64,000 bases of DNA, taken from assembly GCA_963715865.1 (NCBI GenBank), contig OY970280.1, positions 608,001 through 672,000 of the forward strand. Direction: 5' to 3'. The notes beneath the pieces were generated by a model that saw only the letters and a program-made list of their open reading frames with translations, was not told the DNA's origin and searched no databases. Position 1 is the first letter of the stretch, and each line of letters begins with the position of its first letter. The position numbers were made by a program, and so were the translations under genes. Positions 9,102-19,217 of the stretch are shown here, in pieces. The DNA comes from Candidatus Bathyarchaeota archaeon (lineage in GTDB: Archaea; Thermoproteota; Bathyarchaeia; Bathyarchaeales; Bathycorpusculaceae).

Positions 9102-9845
9102 TTAGGGCGCGATAGCTTGCACTTCTGGTGCCGGGGTGGGTGCTGCTGGTGCTGGTTTGGGTTCAGCTTTGAAGGTTTCAACGAATTTTGTCTCAGCTAG
9201 GTCAGGGATGAATTTCTGGATGTCCAAGGCGATGCCGCGTTTTGCAATTTGGATACCTTCAATGTAGAAGGCTACCTCCGGCATGTCAATGGTTAAGCTT
9301 TTGCCTTGTATGGTTAGTTTGAACTGGTTTTCTTCAACTACGGGTATTCTGCGGTGGACAAGAGCGCCAATTTTTTCCTCGTTGCTTTCAAGTTTCTTGT
9401 TGACTGTGACAGCGTAAATTAAGGTTTTTCCAGCTAATGGAGGGTTGAAGTCTAAAAGTACTCTTCCCGCGCCTATTGCGCGAACACTCGCCATTTTTCC
9501 TTGATATTCTATGCGTGCCCCAATAACGGGGTTAATTTCTTTTGCCAGTAATTGCTTGAGTGATACGCGCCTCACTTTTTCCGGGTCTCTTTGTCCGAAG
9601 CCTTTGTCAGGTGGAATTTCAACGGTTGCAGGCTTGTTTATCTCCATAGTTGTTAAACTGTCATCTAAGGCTTTGAGTACCCAGCCTTCGCCTATAACTA
9701 CCAGGTTAGGTTCGTATATTTCTCCTTCTTTATGCAAGTGCTCTTTTTTGGCTACTTCTTCGTTTGTTGTATCGAAAACTTCGTTTGTTTCCTTAACTTT
9801 CGCTGTATAATTGATTAATATGAAATCTCCTTTTTGTAGGGCCAT
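9102..9845 (-). CDS. slyD: Long archaeal FKBP-type peptidyl-prolyl isomerase
   Basis: GDFILINYT, VFDTT, IPPDKGFG, DFNPPLAGK.L. Confidence 0.9.
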   Translation of the reverse strand: MALQKGDFILINYTAKVKETNEVFDTTNEEVAKKEHLHKEGEIYEPNLVVIGEGWVLKALDDSLTTMEINKPATVEIPPDKGFGQRDPEKVRRVSLKQLLAKEINPVIGARIEYQGKMASVRAIGAGRVLLDFNPPLAGKTLIYAVTVNKKLESNEEKIGALVHRRIPVVEENQFKLTIQGKSLTIDMPEVAFYIEGIQIAKRGIALDIQKFIPDLAETKFVETFKAEPKPAPAAPTPAPEVQAIAP

Positions 9846-9976
9846 CTTGAATCATCCTTTGTCTTAACGGTCGAAGTTTAAGTTTCAAACGCGAATAAAA
9901 ACTTTGTCTAGCAAAAAACTATTATGCTCTAGAGTTGTTAACATATTTAAAAATTTAGATCAAAAAAAAATTAGTT

Positions 9977-10149
9977 TTAACTATCTAGCGTAACATCGGT
10001 TATTAATTGAATTTCATAATGCATGAACAGTCGCCTTAAAGCATCTTTAACGATTTCTGCTTGACTCTCATAGAGCCCATCTTTAATTAAGAGTTCCATT
10101 CCTTCCAAGTAAGATTAGCCATTGTTACTTCAACTCTCTTCTTTTGCAC
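9977..10149 (-). pseudogene. CopG/Arc ribbon-helix-helix regulator with a frameshift near 10115
   Basis: VQKKRVEVTMANL joined across frames to YLEGMELLIKDGLYESQAEIVKDALRRLF. Confidence 0.55.
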
Positions 10150-10263
10150 TACACCCAAGATATCATGTACCCCCTCTCTCGATTACTTTAAGAAATCGAT
10201 TAGCTTTTAAAATTAAATTTGATTCAGAATTGGAATAAAAAGTGCAGCAAACCTTCCGCTCTC

Positions 10264-10833
10264 TCATCCGGTACATTCAATCTTAACGTCGTTTTTATGA
10301 ATCTGCCCATTCTTTAGCACATAACCATTGGTTGTAGGAAGCTTCTCATACAAATCAGTAGTAGTCAAAATCACAGTAACCTTCTCTTCCCTGTTTATTC
10401 TACAAAGCATCCTTACTAAAAGCTCAGAGTTTTCATCATCCAAACTAGACGTAGGCTCATCAGCCAAAAGCACAGTCGGATAATTAACTAACGCACGAAT
10501 AACAGCGATACGCTGCCTTTCTCCTCCGCTAAGATTCTCTGGAAACCGCTCAGCCAACTGAGTCAAATCAAAATACCGCAAAAGCTCAAACGCTCTCTCA
10601 TGCCTAGAAGACTTTTTGACCCCGGCTAAAGCCATCGGCAACTCAATATTCTCCAAAACAGTTAACGACGGCAAAAGATTAAAAAACTGGAAAACCAAAC
10701 CAAGCTGCCGCAACCGCAAACGTGCTTTTTCATCCTCACTAAGTGCATAAACGTTTTTTCCAAACAACCTCACGGTGCCATCACTAGGCAATTCTAAAAG
10801 TCCCACAAGTTTGAAAAGGCTGGTTTTGGTCTC
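10264..10833 (-). pseudogene. 5'-truncated LolD/MacB-type ABC ATPase
   Basis: LSGGERQR, LLADEPT and FQFFNLL present; only the KTS tail of Walker A remains and an upstream in-frame stop lies at 10846-10848. Confidence 0.75.
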
Positions 10834-10903
10834 TATTAATATAATTTATAGAAAAGCTTATGTTTTGTTCTAGAGTGATTGTTAAATAATTTGAGGAAAA
10901 AGT

Positions 10904-11365
10904 GTGAGTAGAGAAAGAGAGGGACAATTGCAGGTTACTAACCATTCGCCTCAGGCTTTTGCTGATGCTTCTCTTGAGAGAATCAAAGCGCAGAAGGAAC
11001 TGGTTGAGGAGCTTAAGGTTCAGTGGAAGCTTTTATGGAGTGAGCGCTATGCCGATAAGGTGAGGGCTGAGGGGGTTTCGGTGAATGATTATGTTTGTTT
11101 GCGTGTGGAGCGGGGCACCATTATTCACGCGACTAGGGATTTTAAGGCGTTAAGTTTTAAGGAAATCCTTGAACAACATTTGGTTGAAGATCTCGATCGT
11201 TTCGTTCAACCAGAGGTTCATGTGGGAGGCTGGAATAAATTCGTAAAAACCAAAATCACCAATCGCGAGCCTCAGAGAAACAAGCGTACTTTGCCGTATG
11301 CTCCTAAGAAGCGGGAAGTTCAACAGCCCAAGAAAGGCGGGCGCGGTTGGCTTCACGCAACCTAA
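10904..11365 (+). CDS. Uncharacterised RGWLH-motif protein, paralog A
   Basis: Strong similarity to 42397-42792 (W.LLWS.R..DKVRAEG, VERGT.I.ATRDFKAL, VGGW.KF.K, GRGWLH). Confidence 0.75.
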   Translation: MSREREGQLQVTNHSPQAFADASLERIKAQKELVEELKVQWKLLWSERYADKVRAEGVSVNDYVCLRVERGTIIHATRDFKALSFKEILEQHLVEDLDRFVQPEVHVGGWNKFVKTKITNREPQRNKRTLPYAPKKREVQQPKKGGRGWLHAT

Positions 11366-11471
11366 CCCTTTGCTTAATTATTAAATTCAGTGAATTTTAT
11401 TTTGGACGAGTCTACTTGCAAGATAGCAGTTTTAGACAAAATCTCGAATTAACAGGGAAACGAGGCAATGG

Positions 11472-13577
11472 TTAGATTTTTAGCCAGTTGAAGAGGGAGG
11501 TTTTTTCAGGTATTTGATTTTTCCATGCGAGAGCCGGGTTGTCATTCTTGTTTATGAGTATTTTCTTGATTAAGCCGGCGTTTTCTGCTTCATCAAGTTT
11601 TTGTGCGACCCAAGTTTCAGAAGGGGGTGTTTGAGCTAGTTTTTGGAATTCAAGAGTTATAGCTTGGGTTGTTGGGTTGTACATGTTTTTGGCGTTTGTG
11701 ACTGCTTTCATTATGAGTTGGTCTTGTGATGGAAGTTTTAGGTAGAGGTTTAAAAGTGCAAGTTTCTCTTTTCTATCTAAGTATACAGCGTAGAGAATGA
11801 GTAAAACAAGAATTGCGGTAGCGCCTGCTGAGAGTGCAAGCCCGTTTTGGCTGATGCCTAATGCGATGGTGGTCCAGGTTTGTATTGGTTGCCAATAGTT
11901 GTTGATGGCGTTGGCAATTGGCAGCTCCTGGTTTTCAGCTTGTGATACGTTTTGGGGAGATGATGGGTACATAACTAAGCTTATCATTACGCTTTTTGTT
12001 TGTGCTGTGCCGTTTGTGTTGAATGTGGCTGTTTCGTACCAGTAGAGGACAGCTTGGGTTTGGTTTGTGTCTTTGTATTGGAAGGCGAAGTAGCGTGCTG
12101 TTATAGGTGGGTTATCTTGAATCTGAATGTCTCTAAGGTCGAGTTGGTTTACTGACGTCTGTTCTCCTAGGCTGAGTGGGAAGTTGATGAGGCAGGTTTC
12201 CCATCGGTGTTCGGATGTTACGCTGGTTGCTATTTGTATAGCTACCCACACGGTTGATGTTGTTCCGTTAGGTGAGCCGTAGGTGTAGACTAGTGCTACG
12301 TCGTCGCCGGATGATTGTTCAAATTGTGTGTCGCGGTAGACGTAATTTAGAGCATATCCTGTGATGTTTGGGAGCATGGAGCTTGATGTGTTTATTTGAA
12401 CGCCTGAGGGTGTTTGGATCATGACTTGAGCTGGGCCTTGGGTTAGCGCGAACACTGGCGCTTGGATGGTTAAAAGCATGATTGTGATTATGGTTATGCC
12501 TGCGATTTTTGTGATGTCGGCTCTGTTGAGTTTTGCTTTGGGATATTTGAAGAGTTTTCCGCAGTTTGGGCAGAATGGTTCGGTTGGGTTTGTTGGGGTT
12601 GGGTTGCATGTTGGGCAGGGTTGGGGTGGTTTGGGTTTTTTAAATGCTTTCTCTGTTACCGCCAGCAGCAGAAGCGTGCCTATGAACATGAGTACTGTGG
12701 CGCCTACTGCATGGAAAAATTGGAGCGCTAAGTTTTCGCCGAAGTTATAGCCTATTGCGAGGATTGTTGTTATGCGAATTATGTTCAATGCAACAATTAG
12801 TGGTATGCCCATGACGAGAATGGCGAATTTGTTGCGCAGTTTACCGCGTGTAATGTATGCTATGAACAATACGAATATGACGAAGCCTATGATGCTGTAG
12901 ATTCCTGAGCAAGCCACATCCACACTGAAAGGTAAGGTTGTGTGGTCTGGTCTGGTCAGCGTTATTAAGGGACTCCCATTGCTGACGGAAAGCGCTGCAT
13001 GCATTCCGAAAACGTTTGCCAAGGTGTTTGATGCTGATGCGCTTAGGTTTGCGAGTGCTGAGCCGATGCCGTAGAGGATTTCGGCTGGGGGTGGTGCGAG
13101 GAAAATGAGGAATGCTATGGGGAAAAGTAATTGTTTTAGTGTTTGGGTGTTGAATAGTATAAGGGTTAGTCCTGCTGTTAGAAAAGGCAGGGTGAGCATG
13201 TGATATTCTAGTGGTGTGAAGGTGTAACTTCCATACCAGTATGTGAGTATGGCGACGGCACATAATGATATTCCCGCTAGTGTGCTGAAGTATTTTTGGA
13301 ATCCGCGTGTGCTTGTTTGAGGGGGCTGAAGGGCAGCGTTAATCATTTTCCGTTTTCTGTATATTAAGTAAGCGAAAAGGAAGGGTATGACGAGTATGTG
13401 GTAAGTTGATTCGTCGGTTAAAGCACCCGTGAAGACCATGCTTAAGTCTTGAAAGTACAGTGCAACTACAACCAGGGTTATAACGGAGAATTTTAGTGCG
13501 ATTGCTAATCTATGCTGGCTTAGCACTAAAGCCATCTTTGTGGTGGTGGAGATTTTGGTTTCTTGCATGCGGTACAC
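11472..13577 (-). CDS. Exosortase/archaeosortase-family protein fused to a Zn ribbon, an EpsI-like domain and a C-terminal wHTH-like domain
   Basis: Catalytic VDVACSG (Cys), NIIRIT (Arg), FFHAVG (His); CPTC..FCPNCG; HRWETCL. Confidence 0.85.
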   Translation of the reverse strand: MYRMQETKISTTTKMALVLSQHRLAIALKFSVITLVVVALYFQDLSMVFTGALTDESTYHILVIPFLFAYLIYRKRKMINAALQPPQTSTRGFQKYFSTLAGISLCAVAILTYWYGSYTFTPLEYHMLTLPFLTAGLTLILFNTQTLKQLLFPIAFLIFLAPPPAEILYGIGSALANLSASASNTLANVFGMHAALSVSNGSPLITLTRPDHTTLPFSVDVACSGIYSIIGFVIFVLFIAYITRGKLRNKFAILVMGIPLIVALNIIRITTILAIGYNFGENLALQFFHAVGATVLMFIGTLLLLAVTEKAFKKPKPPQPCPTCNPTPTNPTEPFCPNCGKLFKYPKAKLNRADITKIAGITIITIMLLTIQAPVFALTQGPAQVMIQTPSGVQINTSSSMLPNITGYALNYVYRDTQFEQSSGDDVALVYTYGSPNGTTSTVWVAIQIATSVTSEHRWETCLINFPLSLGEQTSVNQLDLRDIQIQDNPPITARYFAFQYKDTNQTQAVLYWYETATFNTNGTAQTKSVMISLVMYPSSPQNVSQAENQELPIANAINNYWQPIQTWTTIALGISQNGLALSAGATAILVLLILYAVYLDRKEKLALLNLYLKLPSQDQLIMKAVTNAKNMYNPTTQAITLEFQKLAQTPPSETWVAQKLDEAENAGLIKKILINKNDNPALAWKNQIPEKTSLFNWLKI

Positions 13578-13652
13578 TGTCAGGGTTAAATAGTAAAAAA
13601 GAGATTGTGGGCATTAGCGATAGCTTTTGTGAAGTGCGGCGGTCTTAGTGGT

Positions 13653-14270
13653 TTAGGTTTTGATGTGCGAGGTCAGAGCTGTTTTGTCGGTGTGTTTTCC
13701 GCGTATTTTGAAGAGGGCAAAGGCTGCGAAGAAGACGAATAATGCGAGCAGCGTGCCTACACCATATTCGGGAGCACGAAAAGGCGAAGGCAAAAATGAA
13801 GACGAAGGAGAGGGAGAGGATGAGGGCGAAGGCGAGGGAGAAGATGAAGGCGAACCGTCATTAGTGCCCGTGCCCCCGAGTGGAGTTCCTGTCAGGGCGA
13901 TAGCGGCGAAGGTGCCAACTAATGTGTGGGACGATTGGAACTCTGCGGACACAGAAATCCATTTGCCTTGGGTGGTATTGTAGTAGTACATTGTGCTGTG
14001 TTTATTGAAGTTCAGGTTTGTTATAGTTACTTTCGCCATCACGTCTGGGCTTAAAGTAATGTTTGTGGTGACTTTTACGTCGTAGTAGCCTGCGGCGGTT
14101 GCGCCTTTAACTGCGAGGGGGCGCCGGCGTCTTGAGGGACATCAGTGCCGTATTTAGTCGTGGTAATCGTGAAGTATGCATCGTCAGGCAGTGAGCTTCC
14201 GCTGATTTCTACAATAATGTTTGTGGTGGTGCTGTTAACTTGGTGAGATACGACTTCTCCATGTTAACTG
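13653..14270 (-). pseudogene. PEF-CTERM-like surface protein, 5'-truncated and frameshifted
   Basis: S/P linker then APEYGVGTLLALFVFFAAFALFKIRGK; upstream coding frame shifts at the G5 run 14117-14121; no signal peptide. Confidence 0.7.
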
Positions 14271-14371
14271 TCGTGAGATACTTAAAATTTTTAAGCTTTT
14301 TCTTTTCCCCTTTTTTTCTAGTGCAAACCCTTAAAACCATTAACGCCTAAACGATAAATGGTGTTGAGAAT

Positions 14372-15394
14372 ATGTCTGCCATAATTGCCTTTGATTCAAA
14401 AGAATTTAAGAGACCAAACAAAACTGGGGGGTTAGCTTGGTATACGCCTTTTGGTTGTGGTGTTAAAGTATCAAAACCTGATGAGTTCATTTCTACTTAC
14501 AATAGCAAATTAAAAGAGCTGTTAGGAAATTTCGGGGTAGAGCAACTGTGTTCATGTTTCCCTACATCAGAATACTTCTCAAAAATTGGTCATGCGAAAG
14601 CGTACAAAATAAGCGATGAGCTACTAAAATCAGTGCAACAATACATTGATTCCGTTTATTTTTCCTACGCTGTGCTTCCACCTAAGCAGGTTCCAACGGT
14701 AGAGGTTGGTGGATATAAAACAGCAAAAAAGGAACTTGACATTTTTGATTTTTTAAGAAAATTATCGGTATATTTCTCATATATTACTGCATGGCGCTAT
14801 TTGGGAGTAGAAAGCCGAAAAAAAGACAGAATACTAATTGATGGATTCCATGGAAAGAGAACTACGGCATGGGATGAGCTGGAGAAAATAACTAAACCAA
14901 TAGTTTATTCTCATGGTGATGAATGTAACCCCTTCATTTCAATGGCAGATGTGATAGCCTCGTTAGCTGACAAGAAACTCTATGATAATTACAAGAAATT
15001 AACGCCTGAGAACTTAGCTGAAGTATGGCAAGGTTATTCCTTCAATGTCGAAACACACTTTTTAGACCAAGGTATTATTTCACGGATAAAATGGTACACT
15101 GATGACCACATAGATTTAACAAACTTCTATGCAAGACCAATGATTTTCTTGAAAGCTGACGGGTATAATGCTGATGAAATAAAGAGTTTGATGGCTTATC
15201 CAAAAGCCACGTTTTTTGCACAAAAGCTAAATGGTTCTCTTCAAGGTTTTGACAAAGCGATAGATTCTCCAAAATTAAGAAATGGTGATTATTTTATTTA
15301 TGCAGGAAAAGAATCGGAAACACTTGCGTACACAATAAAAGATTTAGGTAAAATAACTACGTTGCCATTTAAGGATTTAGAAGAAAAAACATAA
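14372..15394 (+). CDS. Uncharacterised protein, possible RNase H-fold (DUF3800-like) nuclease
   Basis: Acidic motifs IIAFDSK, ILIDGF and PFISMADVIA in RNase H-like order; AT-rich. Confidence 0.45.
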   Translation: MSAIIAFDSKEFKRPNKTGGLAWYTPFGCGVKVSKPDEFISTYNSKLKELLGNFGVEQLCSCFPTSEYFSKIGHAKAYKISDELLKSVQQYIDSVYFSYAVLPPKQVPTVEVGGYKTAKKELDIFDFLRKLSVYFSYITAWRYLGVESRKKDRILIDGFHGKRTTAWDELEKITKPIVYSHGDECNPFISMADVIASLADKKLYDNYKKLTPENLAEVWQGYSFNVETHFLDQGIISRIKWYTDDHIDLTNFYARPMIFLKADGYNADEIKSLMAYPKATFFAQKLNGSLQGFDKAIDSPKLRNGDYFIYAGKESETLAYTIKDLGKITTLPFKDLEEKT

Positions 15395-15555
15395 CAGACT
15401 TAAACATTCATTACTCTACTACGATGGCAAATGATGCCGACGTGGAACCATTCGCATTATACCCGTTATAGCGCATAGTATATAAAACTTGTTACGTTAC
15501 AAGATACAACCACATCTGAACAGCATGAATGCAGAAAACGCTTTAACGTTCAAAA

Positions 15556-16314
15556 CTACTCTTTTCTACTTGCGTTTTGTATCAGTGTTTTCCATTTGTT
15601 TTGTCCTTCTATCTGTATGCCACATGCTTCTGCAGGTGTTTTGCCATCTAAGCCTTCATGTGGTCTAAAATAGTTGTGGTAAAGTTGGTATCCTTGAAGG
15701 ATAGGCGTGTCATCTTTTTTGAGTCCACGCATGACCTTTTCCCTATCTCTGACTTCTCCGTTCATGCGTTCCATTTTGTTGTTGTTGTGGTCGCCTTTTA
15801 GAGTGATGTGTCTGATATGCTTGGTTTGTGGAAGTCCGAGGGTACGGAACTCTTTTTTGTAAGCGTCATGGTAAGATGGTAAACCGTCAGTTATGAAAGT
15901 TAAAGGCTTTTTTCCCGTTACCTCTTTAGACATGCGTAACAGGTTTCTTGCGTCATGCCTATCTTTAGATTCAGCTACTTCTTGTGCAATCCAGAACCTT
16001 GTTTCATCATCCATCATAGCGAAAAGATACTTCATGTTGCCGTTGATTTTAATGTATAATTCGTCTGCTCTCCATGTGTCGCTTACGTTTGGCTTTACTT
16101 TCTCAAGGTACTTGTTCATTAATGCGATGTACTTGTTTATCCACTTGGCAACTGCTACATGGCTAACTTTTACGCCTTGAAGTTTAAGGAATTTTTGAAC
16201 GTTTCTTAATGATTCTCCTGTGAAGTAAAGTTGCATTGCAGAAGTGATAATTTGCGGTGAAACTCTCATGCCTTCAAAACCCAAGTTAAAAGTGAAACGC
16301 TTAATCCTCTTCAT
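15556..16314 (-). mobile_element. IS6-family DDE transposase, probably N-terminally truncated
   Basis: WRADELYIKI, YLFAMMD, TDGLPSY, NNKMERMN; no terminal inverted repeats recognised. Confidence 0.8.
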
Positions 16315-16512
16315 TATCGACGCAAATATTTTATTAGATTCATAATTAATTAAGAATTATTTACATTCGGAATCTAAACTAGAAATTAAAAAAGAAATAT
16401 ACAGATAATTGCCAAAATAATGAGCCAACATAATTTCCGATAAAACTTTAAATTCTGCTTAGGTCAGAGAAAAGGTACGAACCAGCTTCAATCCAGAGTT
16501 GGTTTTTCATTT

Positions 16513-16628
16513 GCCGGGGTCTCCTAGCCAGGCAGGGAGCAAGCCTGGAGATGCTTGCAGAAAAGCAAGCACCAAGCAGCTTGTGGCCTCTCGGGGCCGC
16601 GGGGGTTCAAATCCCCCTCCCGGCGCCA
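16513..16628 (+). tRNA. tRNA-Ser(GGA) with canonical 37/38 intron (16551-16577, 27 nt); encoded CCA
   Basis: GCCGGGG acceptor, CAAGC/GCTTG anticodon stem, long variable arm, GGGGG TTCAAAT CCCCC; intron hairpin TGCTTGC/GCAAGCA. Confidence 0.93.
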
Positions 16629-17016
16629 CCATAATAATCTCGCCCCTATGGCGGTGTTATGCATTGTTTTCGTCTCCTGAAGATTTTGTCGTCGCTAAAC
16701 TCGCAAACGTATTCGAATCCAGCTTCACGCGGCGTCGATTTCAAGTTTTTCTTTAGCGGCAAATTGTAGACGCACCATAAAAGCCAAAATCACACAGGCA
16801 TTAATTTCAGGAATGCTGCATAATGCGACGTCTATTTATGAAAATGGTTCTTGGTGGGCTACTTAGGTTAGAACCCACGTTTAGATGCACGGTGTTAAGA
16901 AACTACGTGAGAACTACAAAATGGCAAAACAATCAATGAAAATACCGACTAAATTCGGGAGTACCAATGCCATTTGGGAAATTGCTTAAAATCACGACTT
17001 AACATATGTCCTCCAT

Positions 17017-17343
17017 TTGAGAAGGTCTTTAATGGCTGTTAACGTGCGCCAATTAAAATATCTACTCGGATGGTTAATCGCAGGATCAAGAGGCGGTCCG
17101 ATGCGTGCCAAAATGATTGAGATCCTAAAGGAGACCCCGCAAAACGCAAATCAGCTAGCAACCATACTGAAAGTTGATTACAAGACAATACGGCATCATA
17201 TTGAAGTTCTCGAAAAGAACAATATGATTACTTCAGCTGGAGGAGTTGGAGGAAGGTATGGAATCACATACTTCCTATCACCAGCGTTGGAGGAGAATTA
17301 CGCCTTGTTTGAGGATATTCGGAAAAGAATGTGGCAAAAGTAG
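17017..17343 (+). CDS. ArsR-like winged-HTH regulator
   Basis: GSRGG..R..I, NANQLA..L.VDYKTIRHH..VLE, YG..YFLS. Confidence 0.8.
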   Translation: MRRSLMAVNVRQLKYLLGWLIAGSRGGPMRAKMIEILKETPQNANQLATILKVDYKTIRHHIEVLEKNNMITSAGGVGGRYGITYFLSPALEENYALFEDIRKRMWQK

Positions 17344-17361
17344 AAAAGAGGGAAAAGCAAC

Positions 17362-17802
17362 ATGAAGAAACGTATGCACAAGAACTTAAAAATAGTGTTA
17401 GTGCTGGTCATCTTGATAGTTGTGGCTTTAGATGCAGCCCTTTGGGCTGCGTACACGTTTTATAAGCCATTTAACCCTTTAAGCCCATTGCCGCCGCCTA
17501 ATAGTAATCCTGGTGATCTTGAGGTGTTTTACGCAGCGGAAGCTGTGGTTTCCTCTCTTAACATAGCGCTTCTGGTTTTTCTTCTCATCACGAATGCCGA
17601 CATGTTTAGGAAGACACGATCCAAGTTCACGTTTGGATTGTTGATTTTCTCAACGGCTTTTCTCTTCAAGGATCTAACGTCCAGTCCTTTGGTGATTTGG
17701 GTCTTCGGTTACCACCAAGAGGGTCTAGGTCCATTTGCGTTGTTGCCAGACTTGTTCGAGTTGGTAGTGTTGTGCGTGCTACTGTACCTCAGCTTCGAAT
17801 AA
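17362..17802 (+). CDS. Multi-TM membrane protein
   Basis: 3-4 hydrophobic helices; KT.SKFT.GL; LPDLFE. Confidence 0.65.
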   Translation: MKKRMHKNLKIVLVLVILIVVALDAALWAAYTFYKPFNPLSPLPPPNSNPGDLEVFYAAEAVVSSLNIALLVFLLITNADMFRKTRSKFTFGLLIFSTAFLFKDLTSSPLVIWVFGYHQEGLGPFALLPDLFELVVLCVLLYLSFE

Positions 17803-18141
17803 TAGGAACTTCTCTTCCTTAATGGTCAATGAAACGGGCACCACCTTAAAGATTTAACGAGTGATATTCTGGGATTTCGTTTCCCCAATACGTGTCTGCG
17901 CCGGAAAAACCTTTTGAGAGCTGGTGTCGTTTGCTCTGTGTTGGCATCTGAATCTGAGTCTGTGATGATAGTTACATCGGTCTCGTATGACGTTTAGAGA
18001 ACACGAGGCAATTAGGGCGACAACTCAGTCGGCTGCAAAGCATTCTGGACTTAATGTTGCTGAATTTGGAGTTGAGTTGGGATTAATTTAGAAGAGAATG
18101 GGTTTCAATTTTGAAAAATCGTTTAATAACGGATTGGGCAA

Positions 18142-18726
18142 GTGTGTTGTCAGATAAAAAGGAGGCGAAGAAAAATAGAAAGAAAAACCGCGGCTTTGAC
18201 TCTACTACTAATAACAGCATGCGCCGCAATCATCGGAGGCTTCATAATGACGGCACATGCAACCGACACAAATTCAACCACGACTTCAAGCATAAGCTCT
18301 ACAACAGCCATCACTTCGGGCAGCAATGCAAATAACCCTCAGCTATGGGGAATGAGCGGTATGAATACAGGTGACCAGGGATTCGGCGGACCAATGGGGT
18401 CAGGAAGAGGCCAAGGAGGATTCATGGGCGGCATGGGCAACATCGAAGTCAGCTCAGAATACACAGCCAACGTAACCGCCATACTCAACAATGACACAGA
18501 CGTGCAGAACCTAATCTCACAAGGCTACAACGTAACATCAATCAACCCAATAGTCAAGAACGTCATCGAGGGTGACGGAACAATCGCCACACAAGCAACC
18601 ACTGCGATAGTTACGCTCCAAAACGGCACGTCTGGATATGCAACTGCCTACGTGGACGTCGAGCAGGCAAAAGTCACTCAAATAGTCATCATCACAAGAA
18701 CTGTAATTGACAAGACCACCGGCTAA
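18142..18726 (+). CDS. Secreted or membrane-anchored protein with Gly/Met-rich linker
   Basis: Basic N-terminus, TM/signal, T/S-rich stretch, GGPMGSGRGQGG. Confidence 0.65.
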   Translation: MCCQIKRRRRKIERKTAALTLLLITACAAIIGGFIMTAHATDTNSTTTSSISSTTAITSGSNANNPQLWGMSGMNTGDQGFGGPMGSGRGQGGFMGGMGNIEVSSEYTANVTAILNNDTDVQNLISQGYNVTSINPIVKNVIEGDGTIATQATTAIVTLQNGTSGYATAYVDVEQAKVTQIVIITRTVIDKTTG

Positions 18727-19217
18727 ACCAAAAAAGCGAATATGCAACATAGAAACAATGCCATAAGACGGGGAAGCCAAAGGGCTATCCCACTCTTCAA
18801 CTTTTCTTGTTTATGAATGCTAACTACGTAAAAACGAAGTTGGGGCTGAGAAGGATCTGGTTAATTACGATTACTAAATCAGTATCGTGATAGCGCATTT
18901 GCATTTGCGTTCTTTTCTCCTTAAAAGTGTTCCAGAGCCTCAGCAAACCCTCTTTCTTCAGAGCCACTTTTCTCGGTTAAGAACTAGTTGCAGTGGACCG
19001 AGGAACAAGCTGCCTTTCGCAACAAATCCGGCGCCAGCTTTTTATAAATTCAAAAACTTTAATGATGGTTCGCCAATACTTTGAATGTTCTTGCGCAATA
19101 TTCTGTATACTGCTCTTTCATAATGCACGGTTAGATGCTCACCTTCATAACTAATAATCTTCCTCATCATTTCGACTGAAAATCACGGTTCCTTCTTTCC
19201 AAAAATGTAATTTGTAG

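Noticed and set aside
13740-13860. Repeat-like GAAGGCGAG/TCT tract as a CRISPR or tandem array
   Set aside because: Encodes the Ser/Pro linker; no spacers. No CRISPR array was found anywhere in the window
15386-15405. CATAA-CAGAC-TTAAAC as a second dif-like site
   Set aside because: Spacer is 5 nt, not 6, and it overlaps a stop codon
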